A stretch of DNA of 64,000 nt from Eledone cirrhosa. Lineage: Eukaryota. Shown piece by piece: positions 22,444 through 37,400 of the stretch (the first letter of the stretch is position 1; each line of letters begins with the position of its first letter). The position numbers and the translations under genes are program-made. Under the pieces are notes generated by a model, which saw only the letters and a program-made list of their open reading frames with translations, searched no databases and was not told where the DNA came from. The stretch lies in assembly GCA_964016885.1 (NCBI GenBank), contig OZ024740.1, positions 431,086,001 to 431,150,000 on the forward strand, written 5' to 3'.

Positions 22444-25400
22444 TTTACTGACCCAGTTTACATGCAATACAGTGTCCTGGTACCTGGGCCACATTCTACC
22501 CTTTACTGACCTAGGTTTCATGTAATATAGTGTCCTGGTATGTGGGCCACATTCTTCCCTTTACTGACCTAAGTTTCATCTAATATAGTGTCCTGTGACC
22601 TGGGCCACAATCCTCTCTTTACTGACCTAGGTTACATGTAATACAGTGTCCTTGGATCTGGGCAAGATTCCTCCTTTTACTGAACTAGGTTTTATGTAAT
22701 ACCGTGTCCTGTGACCGTGTATCACATTCCTCTCTTTACTGACCTACATTTCATGAAATATAGTGTCCTGGGACCTGGGCCACATTCCTCCCTTTACTGA
22801 CCTAGGTTTCATGTAATACAGTGTCCTGGGACGTGGGCCACATTCCTCCCTTTACTGACCTAGTTTACATGTAATACAGTGTCCTGGGACCTGGGCCAGC
22901 TTCCTCCCTTTACTGACCTAGGTATCATGTAATACAGTGTCCTGGGCCACATTCCTACCTTTACTGACCTAGGTTTCACGTAATACAATGTCCTGGGACC
23001 TGGGCCACATTACTCCCTTTACTCGCCTAGGTTTCATGTAATATAGTGTCCTGGGACCTGGGACACATTCCTCCTTTTACTGACCCAGGTTGCATGTAAT
23101 ACAGTGTCCTGGGACCTGGGCCACATTCCTCCCTTTACTGACCTAGGTTTCATGTAATATAGTGTCCTGGGACCTGGGACACATTCCTCCCTTTACTGAC
23201 CTAGGTTTCATGTAATACAGAGTCCTGGGACCTGGGCCACATTCCTCCCTTTACTGACCTAGGTTTCATGCAATACAGTGTCCTGGGACCTGGGCCACAT
23301 TCCTCCCTTTACTGACCTAGGTTTCATGTAATACAGAGTCCTGGGCCACCTTCCTCCCTTTACTGACCTAGGTTTCATGTAATACAGTGTCCTGGGACCT
23401 GGGCCACATTCCTCCCTTTACTGACCTAGGTTTCATGTAATACAGAGTCCTGGGCCACATTCCTCCCTTTACTGACCTAGGTTTCATGTAATACAGAGTC
23501 CTGGGCCACCTTCCTCCCTTTACTGACCTAGGTTTCATGCAATACAGTGTCCTGGGACCTGGACCACATTCCTCCCTTTACTGACCTAGGTTTCATGTAA
23601 TACAGTGTCCTGGGACCTGGGCCACATTCCTCCCTTTACTGACCTAGGTTACATGTAATACAGTGTCCTGGGACCTGGGCCACATTCCTCCCTTTACTGA
23701 CCTAGGTTTCATGTAATACAGTGTCCTGGGACCTGGGCCACATTCCTCCCTTTACTGACCTAGGTTACATGTAATACAGTGTCCTGGGACCTGGGACACA
23801 TTCCTCCCTTTACTGACCTAGGTTTCATGTAATACAGTGTCCTGGGACCTGGGCCACATTCCTCCCTTTACTGACCTAGGTTTCATGTAATACAGTGTCC
23901 TGGGCCACCTTCCTCCCTTTACTGACCTAGGTTTCATGTAATACAGTGTCCTGGGACCTGGGCCACATTCCTCCCTTTACTGACCTAGGTTTCATGTAAT
24001 ACAGTGTCCTGGGCCATATTCCTCCCTTTACTGACCTAGGTTTCATGTAATACAGTGTCCTGGGACCTGGGCCACCTTCCTCCCTTTACTGACCTAGGTT
24101 TCATGTAATACAGTGTCCTGGGACCTGGGCCACATTCCTCCCTTTACTGACCTAGGTTTCATGTAATACAGAGTCCTGGGCCACCTTCCTCCCTTTACTG
24201 ACCTAGGTTTCATGTAATACAGTGTCCTGGGACCTGGGACACATTCCTCCCTTTACTGACCTTGGTTTCATGCAATACAGTGTCCTGGGACCTGGGCCAC
24301 ATTCCTCCCTTTACTGACCTAGGTTTCATGTAATACAGTGTCCTGGGACCTGGGCCACATTCCTCCCTTTACTGACCTAGGTTTCATGTAATACAGTGTC
24401 CTGGGACCTGGGACACATTCCTCCCTTTACTGACCTTGGTTTCATGCAATACAGTGTCCTGGGACCTGGGCCACATTCCTCCCTTTACTGACCTAGGTTT
24501 CATGTAATACAGAGTCCTGGGCCACCTTCCTCCCTTTACTGACCTAGGTCTCATGTAATACAGTGTCCTGGGACCTGGGCCACATTCCTCCCTTTACTGA
24601 CCTAGGTTACATGTAATACAGTGTCCTGGGACCTGGGCCACATTCCTCCCTTTACTGACCTAGGTTTCATGTAATACAGTGTCCTGGGACCTGTGCCACA
24701 TTCCTCCCTTTACTGACCTAGGTTTCATGTAATACAGTGTCCTGGGACCTGGGCCACATTCCTCCCTTTACTGACCTAGGTTTCATGTAATACAGTGTCC
24801 TGGGACCTGGGCCACCTTCCTCCCTTTACTGACCTAGGTTACATGTAATACAGTGTCCTGGGACCTGGGCCACATTCTTCCCTTTACTGACCTAGGTTTC
24901 ATGTAATACAGTGTCCTGGGACCTGGGCCACCTTCCTCCCTTTACTGACCTAGGTTTCATGTAATACAGTGTCCCGGGACCTGGGACACATTCCTCCCTT
25001 TACTGACCTAGGTTTCATGTAATACAGAGTCCTGGGCCACCTTCCTCCCTTTACTGACCTAGGTTTCATGTAATACAGTGTCCTGGGACCTGGGACACAT
25101 TCCTCCCTTTACTGACCTAGGTTACATGTAATACAGTGTCCTGGGACCTGGGCCACATTCCTCCCTTTACTGACCTAGGTTTCATGTAATACAGTGTCCT
25201 GGGACCTGTGCCACATTCCTCCCTTTACTGACCTAGGTTTCATGTAATACAGTGTCCTGGGACCTGGGCCATATTCCTCCCTTTACTGACCTAGGTTTCA
25301 TGTAATACAGTGTCCTGGGACCTGGGCCACCTTCCTCCCTTTACTGACCTAGGTTACATGTAATACAGTGTCCTGGGACCTGGGCCACATTCTTCCCTTT

Positions 25401-28400
25401 ACTGACCTAGGTTTCATGTAATACAGTGTCCTGGGACCTGGGCCACCTTCCTCCCTTTACTGACCTAGGTTTCATGTAATACAGTGTCCCGGGACCTGGG
25501 ACACATTCCTCCCTTTACTGACCTAGGTTTCATGTAATACAGAGTCCTGGGCCACCTTCCTCCCTTTACTGACCTAGGTTTCATGTAATACAGTGTCCTG
25601 GGACCTGGGCCACATTCCTCCCTTTACTGACCTAGGTTACATGTAATACAGTGTCCTGGGACCTGGGCCACATTCCTCCCTTTACTGACCTAGGTTTCAT
25701 GTAATACAGTGTCCTGGGACCTGTGCCACATTCCTCCCTTTACTGACCTAGGTTTCATGTAATACAGTGTCCTGGGACCTGGACCACATTCCTCCCTTTA
25801 CTGACCTAGGTTTCATGTAATACAGTGTCCTGGGACCTGGGCCACCTTCCTCCCTTTACTGACCTAGGTTACATGTAATACAGTGTCCTGGGACCTGGGC
25901 CACATTCTTCCCTTTACTGACCTAGGTTTCATGTAATACAGTGTCCTGGGACCTGGGCCACCTTCCTCCCTTTACTGACCTAGGTTTCATGTAATACAGT
26001 GTCCCGGGACCTGGGACACATTCCTCCCTTTACTGACCTAGGTTTCATGTAATACAGAGTCCTGGGCCACCTTCCTCCCTTTACTGACCTAGGTTTCATG
26101 TAATACAGTGTCCTGGGACCTGGGACACATTCCTCCCTTTACTGACCTTGGTTTCATGCAATACAGTGTCCTGGGACCTGGGCCACATTCCTCCCTTTAC
26201 TGACCTAGGTTTCATGTAATACAGTGTCCTGGGACCTGGGCCACATTCCTCCCTTTACTGACCTAGGTTTCATGTAATACAGAGTCCTGGGCCACCTTCC
26301 TCCCTTTACTGACCTAGGTTTCATGTAATACAGTGTCCTGGGACCTGGGACACATTCCTCCCTTTACTGACCTAGGTTTCATGTAATACAGTGTCCTGGG
26401 ACCTGGGACACATTCCTCCCTTTACTGACCTAGGTTTAATGTAATACAGTGTCCTGGGACCTGGGCCACATTCCTCCCTTTACTGACCTAGGTTTCATGT
26501 AATACAGTGTCCCGGGACCTGGGACACATTCCTCCCTTTACTGACCTAGGTTTCATGTAATACAGTGTCCCGGGACCTGGGCCACATTCCTCCCTTTACT
26601 GACCTAGGTTTCATGTAATACAGAGTCCTGGGCCACCTTCCTCCCTTTACTGACCTAGGTTTCATGTAATACAGTGTCCTGGGACCTGGGACACATTCCT
26701 CCCTTTACTGACCTAGGTTTCATGTAATACAGTGTCCTGGGACCTGGGACACATTCCTCCCTTTACTGACCTAGGTTTCATGTAATACAGTGTCCTGGGA
26801 CCTGGGCCACATTCCTCCCTTTACTGACCTAGGTTTTATGTAATACAGTGTCCTGGGACCTGGGCCACATTCCTCCCTTTACTGACCTAGGTTTCATGTA
26901 ATACAGAGTCCTGGGCCACCTCCCTCCCTTTACTGACCTAGGTCTCATGTAATACAGTGCCCTGGGACCTGGGCCACATTCCTCCCTTTACTGACCTAGG
27001 TTTCATGTAATACAGAGTCCTGGGCCACCTTGCTCCCTTTACTGACCTAGGTCTCATGTAATACAGTGTCCTGGGACCTGGGCCACATTCCTCCCTTTAC
27101 TGACCTAGGTTTCATGTAATACAGAGTCCTGGGCCACCTTCCTCCCTTTACTGACCTAGGTCTCATGTAATACAGTGTCCTGGGACCTGGGCCACATTCC
27201 TCCCTTTACTGACCTAGGTTTCATGTAATACAGAGTCCTGGGCCACATTCCTCCCTTTACTGACCTAGGTTTCATGTAATACAGAGTCCTGGGACCTGGG
27301 CCACATTCCTCCCTTTACTGACCTAGGTTTCATGCAATACAGTATCCTGGGACCTGGGCCACATTCCTCCCTTTACTGACCTAGGTTTCATGTAATACAG
27401 AGTCCTGGGCCACCTTCCTCCCTTTACTGACCTAGGTTTCATGTAATACAGTGTCCTGGGACCTGGGCCACATTCCTCCCTTTACTGACCTAGGTTTCAT
27501 GTAATACAGAGTCCTGGGCCACATTCCTCCCTTTACTGACCTAGGTTTCATGTAATACAGAGTCCTGGGCCACCTTCCTCCCTTTACTGACCTAGGTTTC
27601 ATGCAATACAGTGTCCTGGGACCTGGGCCACATTCCTCCCTTTACTGACCTAGGTTTCATGTAATACAGTGTCCTGGGACCTGGGCCACATTCCTCCCTT
27701 TACTGACCTAGGTTTCATGTAATACAGTGTCCTGGGACGTGGGCCACATTCCTCCCTTTACTGACCTAGTTTACATGTAATACAGTGTCCTGGGACCTGG
27801 GCCAGCTTCCTCCCTTTACTGACCTAGGTATCATGTAATACAGTGTCCTGGGCCACATTCCTACCTTTACTGACCTAGGTTTCACGTAATACAATGTCCT
27901 GGGACCTGGGCCACATTACTCCCTTTACTCGCCTAGGTTTCATGTAATATAGTGTCGTGGGACCTGGGACACATTCCTCCTTTTACTGACCCAGGTTGCA
28001 TGTAATACAGTGTCCTGGGATCTGGGCCACATTCCTCCCTTTACTGACCTAGGTTTCATGTAATATAGTGTCCTGGGACCTGGGACACATTCCTCCCTTT
28101 ACTGACCTAGGTTTCATGTAATACAGAGTCCTGGGACCTGGGCCACATTCCTCCCTTTACTGACCTAGGTTTCATGCAATACAGTGTCCTGGGACCTGGG
28201 CCACATTCCTCCCTTTACTGACCTAGGTTTCATGTAATACAGAGTCCTGGGCCACCTTCCTCCCTTTACTGACCTAGGTTTCATGTAATACAGTGTCCTG
28301 GGACCTGGGCCACATTCCTCCCTTTACTGACCTAGGTTTCATGTAATACAGAGTCCTGGGCCACATTCCTCCCTTTACTGACCTAGGTTTCATGTAATAC

Positions 28401-31400
28401 AGAGTCCTGGGCCACCTTCCTCCCTTTACTGACCTAGGTTTCATGCAATACAGTGTCCTGGGACCTGGACCACATTCCTCCCTTTACTGACCTAGGTTTC
28501 ATGTAATACAGTGTCCTGGGACCTGGGCCACATTCCTCCCTTTACTGACCTAGGTTACATGTAATACAGTGTCCTGGGACCTGGGACACATTCCTCCCTT
28601 TACTGACCTAGGTTTCATGTAATACAGTGTCCTGGGACCTGGGCCACATTCCTCCCTTTACTGACCTAGGTTTCATGTAATACAGTGTCCTGGGCCACCT
28701 TCCTCCCTTTACTGACCTAGGTTTCATGTAATACAGTGTCCTGGGACCTGGGCCACATTCCTCCCTTTACTGACCTAGGTTTCATGTAATACAGTGTCCT
28801 GGGCCACCTTCCTCCCTTTACTGACCTAGGTTTCATGTAATACAGTGTCCTGGGACCTGGGCCACCTTCCTCCCTTTACTGACCTAGGTTTCATGTAATA
28901 CAGTGTCCTGGGACCTGGGCCACATTCCTCCCTTTACTGACCTAGGTTTCATGTAATACAGAGTCCTGGGCCACCTTCCTCCCTTTACTGACCTAGGTTT
29001 CATGTAATACAGTGTCCTGGGACCTGGGACACATTCCTCCCTTTACTGACCTTGGTTTCATGCAATACAGTGTCCTGGGACCTGGGCCACATTCCTCCCT
29101 TTACTGACCTAGGTTTCATGTAATACAGTGTCCTGGGACCTGGGCCACATTCCTCCCTTTACTGACCTAGGTTTCATGTAATACAGTGTCCTGGGACCTG
29201 GGCCACATTCCTCCCTTTACTGACCTAGGTTACATGTAATACAGTGTCCTGGGACCTGGGACACATTCCTCCCTTTACTGACCTAGGTTTCATGTAATAC
29301 AGTGTCCTGGGACCTGGGCCACATTCCTCCCTTTACTGACCTAGGTTTCATGTAATACAGTGTCCTGGGCCACCTTCCTCCCTTTACTGACCTAGGTTTC
29401 ATGTAATACAGTGTCCTGGGACCTGGGCCACATTCCTCCCTTTACTGACCTAGGTTTCATGTAATACAGTGTCCTGGGCCACCTTCCTCCCTTTACTGAC
29501 CTAGGTTTCATGTAATACAGTGTCCTGGGACCTGGGCCACCTTCCTCCCTTTACTGACCTAGGTTTCATGTAATACAGTGTCCTGGGACCTGGGCCACAT
29601 TCCTCCCTTTACTGACCTAGGTTTCATGTAATACAGAGTCCTGGGCCACCTTCCTCCCTTTACTGACCTAGGTTTCATGTAATACAGTGTCCTGGGACCT
29701 GGGACACATTCCTCCCTTTACTGACCTTGGTTTCATGCAATACAGTGTCCTGGGACCTGGGCCACATTCCTCCCTTTACTGACCTAGGTTTCATGTAATA
29801 CAGTGTCCTGGGACCTGGGCCACATTCCTCCCTTTACTGACCTAGGTTTCATGTAATACAGTGTCCTGGGACCTGGGACACATTCCTCCCTTTACTGACC
29901 TTGGTTTCATGCAATACAGTGTCCTGGGACCTGGGCCACATTCCTCCCTTTACTGACCTAGGTTTCATGTAATACAGAGTCCTGGGCCACCTTCCTCCCT
30001 TTACTGACCTAGGTCTCATGTAATACAGTGTCCTGGGACCTGGGCCACATTCCTCCCTTTACTGACCTAGGTTACATGTAATACAGTGTCCTGGGACCTG
30101 GGCCACATTCCTCCCTTTACTGACCTAGGTTTCATGTAATACAGTGTCCTGGGACCTGTGCCACATTCCTCCCTTTACTGACCTAGGTTTCATGTAATAC
30201 AGTGTCCTGGGACCTGGGCCACATTCCTCCCTTTACTGACCTAGGTTTCATGTAATACAGTGTCCTGGGACCTGGGCCACCTTCCTCCCTTTACTGACCT
30301 AGGTTACATGTAATACAGTGTCCTGGGACCTGGGCCACATTCTTCCCTTTACTGACCTAGGTTTCATGTAATACAGTGTCCTGGGACCTGGGCCACCTTC
30401 CTCCCTTTACTGACCTAGGTTTCATGTAATACAGTGTCCCGGGACCTGGGACACATTCCTCCCTTTACTGACCTAGGTTTCATGTAATACAGAGTCCTGG
30501 GCCACCTTCCTCCCTTTACTGACCTAGGTTTCATGTAATACAGTGTCCTGGGACCTGGGACACATTCCTCCCTTTACTGACCTAGGTTACATGTAATACA
30601 GTGTCCTGGGACCTGGGCCACATTCCTCCCTTTACTGACCTAGGTTTCATGTAATACAGTGTCCTGGGACCTGTGCCACATTCCTCCCTTTACTGACCTA
30701 GGTTTCATGTAATACAGTGTCCTGGGACCTGGGCCACATTCCTCCCTTTACTGACCTAGGTTTCATGTAATACAGTGTCCTGGGACCTGGGCCACCTTCC
30801 TCCCTTTACTGACCTAGGTTACATGTAATACAGTGTCCTGGGACCTGGGCCACATTCTTCCCTTTACTGACCTAGGTTTCATGTAATACAGTGTCCTGGG
30901 ACCTGGGCCACCTTCCTCCCTTTACTGACCTAGGTTTCATGTAATACAGTGTCCCGGGACCTGGGACACATTCCTCCCTTTACTGACCTAGGTTTCATGT
31001 AATACAGAGTCCTGGGCCACCTTCCTCCCTTTACTGACCTAGGTTTCATGTAATACAGTGTCCTGGGACCTGGGCCACATTCCTCCCTTTACTGACCTAG
31101 GTTACATGTAATACAGTGTCCTGGGACCTGGGCCACATTCCTCCCTTTACTGACCTAGGTTTCATGTAATACAGTGTCCTGGGACCTGTGCCACATTCCT
31201 CCCTTTACTGACCTAGGTTTCATGTAATACAGTGTCCTGGGACCTGGACCACATTCCTCCCTTTACTGACCTAGGTTTCATGTAATACAGTGTCCTGGGA
31301 CCTGGGCCACCTTCCTCCCTTTACTGACCTAGGTTACATGTAATACAGTGTCCTGGGACCTGGGCCACATTCTTCCCTTTACTGACCTAGGTTTCATGTA

Positions 31401-34400
31401 ATACAGTGTCCTGGGACCTGGGCCACCTTCCTCCCTTTACTGACCTAGGTTTCATGTAATACAGTGTCCCGGGACCTGGGACACATTCCTCCCTTTACTG
31501 ACCTAGGTTTCATGTAATACAGAGTCCTGGGCCACCTTCCTCCCTTTACTGACCTAGGTTTCATGTAATACAGTGTCCTGGGACCTGGGACACATTCCTC
31601 CCTTTACTGACCTTGGTTTCATGCAATACAGTGTCCTGGGACCTGGGCCACATTCCTCCCTTTACTGACCTAGGTTTCATGTAATACAGTGTCCTGGGAC
31701 CTGGGCCACATTCCTCCCTTTACTGACCTAGGTTTCATGTAATACAGAGTCCTGGGCCACCTTCCTCCCTTTACTGACCTAGGTTTCATGTAATACAGTG
31801 TCCTGGGACCTGGGACACATTCCTCCCTTTACTGACCTAGGTTTCATGTAATACAGTGTCCTGGGACCTGGGACACATTCCTCCCTTTACTGACCTAGGT
31901 TTAATGTAATACAGTGTCCTGGGACCTGGGCCACATTCCTCCCTTTACTGACCTAGGTTTCATGTAATACAGTGTCCCGGGACCTGGGACACATTCCTCC
32001 CTTTACTGACCTAGGTTTCATGTAATACAGTGTCCCGGGACCTGGGCCACATTCCTCCCTTTACTGACCTAGGTTTCATGTAATACAGAGTCCTGGGCCA
32101 CCTTCCTCCCTTTACTGACCTAGGTTTCATGTAATACAGTGTCCTGGGACCTGGGACACATTCCTCCCTTTACTGACCTAGGTTTCATGTAATACAGTGT
32201 CCTGGGACCTGGGACACATTCCTCCCTTTACTGACCTAGGTTTCATGTAATACAGTGTCCTGGGACCTGGGCCACCTTCCTCCCTTTACTGACCTAGGTT
32301 TCATGTAATACAGTGTCCCGGGACCTGGGACACATTCCTCCCTTTACTGACCTAGGTTTCATGTAATACAGAGTCCTGGGCCACCTTCCTCCCTTTACTG
32401 ACCTAGGTTTCATGTAATACAGTGTCCTGGGACCTGGGACACATTCCTCCCTTTACTGACCTTGGTTTCATGCAATACAGTGTCCTGGGACCTGGGCCAC
32501 ATTCCTCCCTTTACTGACCTAGGTTTCATGTAATACAGAGTCCTGGGCCACCTTCCTCCCTTTACTGACCTAGGTCTCATGTAATACAGTGTCCTGGGAC
32601 CTGGGCCACATTCCTCCCTTTACTGACCTAGGTTACATGTAATACAGTGTCCTGGGACCTGGGCCACATTCCTCCCTTTACTGACCTAGGTTTCATGTAA
32701 TACAGTGTCCTGGGACCTGGGACACATTCCTCCCTTTACTGACCTTGGTTTCATGCAATACAGTGTCCTGGGACCTGGGCCACATTCCTCCCTTTACTGA
32801 CCTAGGTTTCATGTAATACAGAGTCCTGGGCCACCTTCCTCCCTTTACTGACCTAGGTCTCATGTAATACAGTGTCCTGGGACCTGGGCCACATTCCTCC
32901 CTTTACTGACCTAGGTTACATGTAATACAGTTTCCTGGGACCTGGGCCACATTCCAGTCTTTACTGACCTAGGTTTCATGTAATACAGTGTCCTGGGACC
33001 TGGGCCACATTCCTCCCTTTACTGACCTAGGTTTCATGTAATACAGTGTCCTGGGACCTGGGCCACATTCCTCCCTTTACTGACCTAGGTTTCATGTAAT
33101 ACAGAGTCCTGGGCCACCTTCCTCCCTTTACTGACCTAGGTCTCATGTAATACAGTGTCCTGGGACCTGGGCCACATTCCTCCCTTTACTGACCTAGGTT
33201 TCATGTAATACAGTGTCCTGGGACCTGGGCCACATTCCTCCCTTTACTGACCTAGGTTTCATGTAATACAGAGTCCTGGGCCACCTTCCTCCCTTTACTG
33301 ACCTAGGTCTCATGTAATACAGTGTCCTGGGACCTGGGCCACATTCCTCCCTTTACTGACCTAGGTTACATGTAATACAGTTTCCTGGGACCTGGGCCAC
33401 ATTCCAGTCTTTACTGACCTAGGTTTCATGTAATACAGTGTCCTGGGACCTGGGCCACATTCCTCCCTTTACTGACCTAGGTTTCATGTAATACAGTGTC
33501 CTGGGACCTGGGCCACGTTCCTCCCTTTACTGACCTAGGTTTCATGTAATACAGAGTCCTGGGCCACCTTCCTCCCTTTACTGACCTAGGTCTCATGTAA
33601 TACAGTGTCCTGGGACCTGGGCCACATTCCTCCCTTTACTGACCTAGGTTTCATGTAATACAGTGTCCTGGGACCTGGGCCACATTCCTCCCTTTACTGA
33701 CCTAGGTTTTATGTAATACAGTGTCCTGGGACCTGGGCCACATTCCTCCCTTTACTGACCTAGGTTTCATGTAATACAGAGTCCTGGGCCACCTTCCTCC
33801 CTTTACTGACCTAGGTCTCATGTAATACAGTGTCCTGGGACCTGGGCCACATTCCTCCCTTTACTGACCTAGGTTTCATGTAATACAGTGTCCTGGGACC
33901 TGGGCCACATTCCTCCCTTTACTGACCTAGGTTTCATGTAATACAGAGTCCTGGGCCACCTTCCTCCCTTTACTGACCTAGGTCTCATTTAATACAGTGT
34001 CCTGGGACCTGGGCCACATTCCTCCCTTTACTGACCTAGGTTTCATGTAATACAGTGTCCTGGGACCTGGGCCACATTCCTCCCTTTACTGACCTAGGTT
34101 TCATGTAATACAGAGTCCTGGGCCACCTTCCTCCCTTTACTGACCTAGGTCTCATGTAATACAGTGTCCTGGGACCTGGGCCACATTCCTCCCTTTACTG
34201 ACCTAGGTGTCATGTAATACAGAGTCCTGGGCCACCTTCCTCCCTTTACTGACCTAGGTCTCATGTAATACAGTGTCCTGGGACCTGGGCCACATTCCTC
34301 CCTTTACTGACCTAGGTTTCATGTAATACAGTGTCCTGGGACCTGGGCCACATTCCTCCCTTTACTGACCTAGGTTTTATGTAATACAGTGTCCTGGGAC

Positions 34401-37400
34401 CTGGGCCACATTCCTCCCTTTACTGACCTAGGTTTTATGTAATACAGTGTCCTGGGACCTGGGCCACATTCCTCCCTTTACTGACCTAGGTTTCATGTAA
34501 TACAGAGTCCTGGGCCACATTCCTCCCTTTACTGACCTAGGTTTCATGTAATACAGAGTCCTGGGACCTGGGCCACATTCCTCCCTTTACTGACCTAGGT
34601 TTCATGCAATACAGTATCCTGGGACCTGGGCCACATTCCTCCCTTTACTGACCTAGGTTTCATGTAATACAGAGTCCTGGGCCACCTTCCTCCCTTTACT
34701 GACCTAGGTTTCATGTAATACAGTGTCCTGGGACCTGGGCCACATTCCTCCCTTTACTGACCTAGGTTTCATGTAATACAGAGTCCTGGGCCACATTCCT
34801 CCCTTTACTGACCTAGGTTTCATGTAATACAGAGTCCTGGGCCACCTTCCTCCCTTTACTGACCTAGGTTTCATGCAATACAGTGTCCTGGGACCTGGGC
34901 CACATTCCTCCCTTTACTGACCTAGGTTTCATGTAATACAGTGTCCTGGGACCTGGGCCACATTCCTCCCTTTACTGACCTAGGTTACATGTAATACAGT
35001 GTCCTGGGACCTGGGCCACATTCCTCCCTTTACTGACCTAGGTTACATGTAATACAGTGTCCTGGGACCTGGGCCACATTCCTCCCTTTACTGACCTAGG
35101 TTTCATGTAATACAGTGTCCTGGGACCTGGGCCACATTCCTCCCTTTACTGACCTAGGTTACATGTAATACAGTGTCCTGGGACCTGGGCCACATTCCTC
35201 CCTTTACTGACCTAGGTTACATGTAATACAGTGTCCTGGGACCTGGGCCACATTCCTCCCTTTACTGACCAAGGTTATATGTAATACAGTGTCCTGGGAC
35301 CTGGGCCACATTCCTCCCTTTACTGACCTAGGTTTCATGTAATACAGTGTCCTGGGACCTGGGCCACATTCCTCCCTTTACTGACCTAGGTTTCATGTAA
35401 TACAGTGTCCTGGGACCTGGGCCACATTCCTCCCTTTACTGACCTAGGTTACATGTAATACAGTGTCCTGGGACCTGGGCCACATTCCTCCCTTTACTGA
35501 CCTAGGTTACATGTAATACAGTGTCCTGGGACCTGGGCCACATTCCTCCCTTTACTGACCTAGGTTACATGTAATACAGTGTCCTGGGACCTGGGCCACA
35601 TTCCTCCCTTTACTGACCTAGGTTTCATGTAATACAGTGTCCTGGGACCTGGGCCACATTCCTCCCTTTACTGACCTAGGTTACATGTAATACAGTGTCC
35701 TGGGACCTGGGCCACATTCCTCCCTTTACTGACCTAGGTTACATGTAATACAGTGTCCTGGGACCTGGGCCACCTTCCTCCCTTTACTGACCTAGGTTTC
35801 ATGTAATACAGTGTCCTGGGACCTGGGCCACATTCCTCCCTTTACTGACCTAGGTTTCATGTAATACAGAGTCCTGGGCCACATTCCTCCCTTTACTGAC
35901 CTAGGTTTCATGTAATACAGTGTCCTGGGACCTGGGCCACATTCCTCCCTTTACTGACCTAGGTTTCATGTAATACAGAGTCCTGGGCCACATTCCTCCC
36001 TTTACTGACCTAGGTTTCATGTAATACAGAGTCCTGGGCCACCTTCCTCCCTTTACTGACCTAGGTTTCATGCAATACAGTGTCCTGGGACCTGGGCCAC
36101 ATTCTTCCCTTTACTGACCTAGGTTTCATGTAATACAGTGTCCTGGGACCTGGGCCACATTCCTCCCTTTACTGACCTAGGTTTCATGTAATACAGTGTC
36201 CTGGGACCTGGGCCACATTCCTCCCTTTACTGACCTAGGTTTCATGTAATACAGTCTCCTGGGACCTGGGCCACATTCTTCCCTTTACTGACCTAGGTTT
36301 CATGTAATACAGTGTCCTGGGACCTGGGCCACATTCCTCCCTTTACTGACCTAGGTTTCATGTAATACAGAGTCCTGGGCCACATTCCTCCCTTTACTGA
36401 CCTAGGTTTCATGTAATACAGAGTCCTGGGACCTGGGCCACATTCCTCCCTTTACTGACCTAGGTTACATGTAATACAGTGTCCTGGGACCTGGGCCACA
36501 TTCCTCCCTTTACTGACCTAGGTTTCATGTAATACAGAGTCCTGGGCCACATTCCTCCCTTTACTGACCTAGGTTACATGTAATACAGTGTCCTGGGACC
36601 TGGGCCACATTCCTCCCTTTACTGACCTAGGTTTCATGTAATATAGTGTCCTGGGACCTGGGACACATTCCTCCCTTTACTGACCTAGGTTTCATGTAAT
36701 ACAGAGTCCTGGGCCACATTCCTCCCTTTACTGACCTAGGTTTCATGTAATACAGAGTCCTGGGCCACCTTCCTCCCTTTACTGACCTAGGTTTCATGCA
36801 ATACAGTGTCCTGGGACCTGGGCCACGTTCCTCCCTTTACTGACCTAGGTTTCATGTAATACAGTGTCCTGGGACCTGGGCCACATTCCTCCCTTTACTG
36901 ACCTAGGTTTCATGCAATACAGTGTCCTGGGACCTGGGCCACATTCCTCCCTTTACTGACCTAGGTTTCATGTAATACAGTGTCCTGGGACCTGGGCCAC
37001 ATTCCTCCCTTTACTGACCTAGGTTTCATGTAATACAGTGTCCTGGGACCTGGGCCACATTCCTCCCTTTACTGACCTAGGTTTCATGTAATACAGAGTC
37101 CTGGGCCACATTCCTCCCTTTACTGACCTAGGTTTCATGTAATACAGTGTCCTGGGACCTGGGCCACATTCCTCCCTTTACTGACCTAGGTTTCATGCAA
37201 TACAGTGGCCTGGGCCACATTCCTCCCTTTACTGACCTAGGTTTCATGTAATACAGTGTCCTGGGACCTGGGCCACATTCCTCCCTTTACTGACCTAGGT
37301 TTCATGCAATACAGTGGCCTGGGCCACATTCCTCCCTTTACTGACCTAGGTTTCATGTAATACAGTGTCCTGGGACCTGGGACACATTCCTCCCTTTACT

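Noticed and set aside
8953-22521. Minus-strand ORFs (TTNKTACVRSKTSCQ repeats)
   Set aside because: These are antisense translations of the satellite, open only where variant units remove a TAG.
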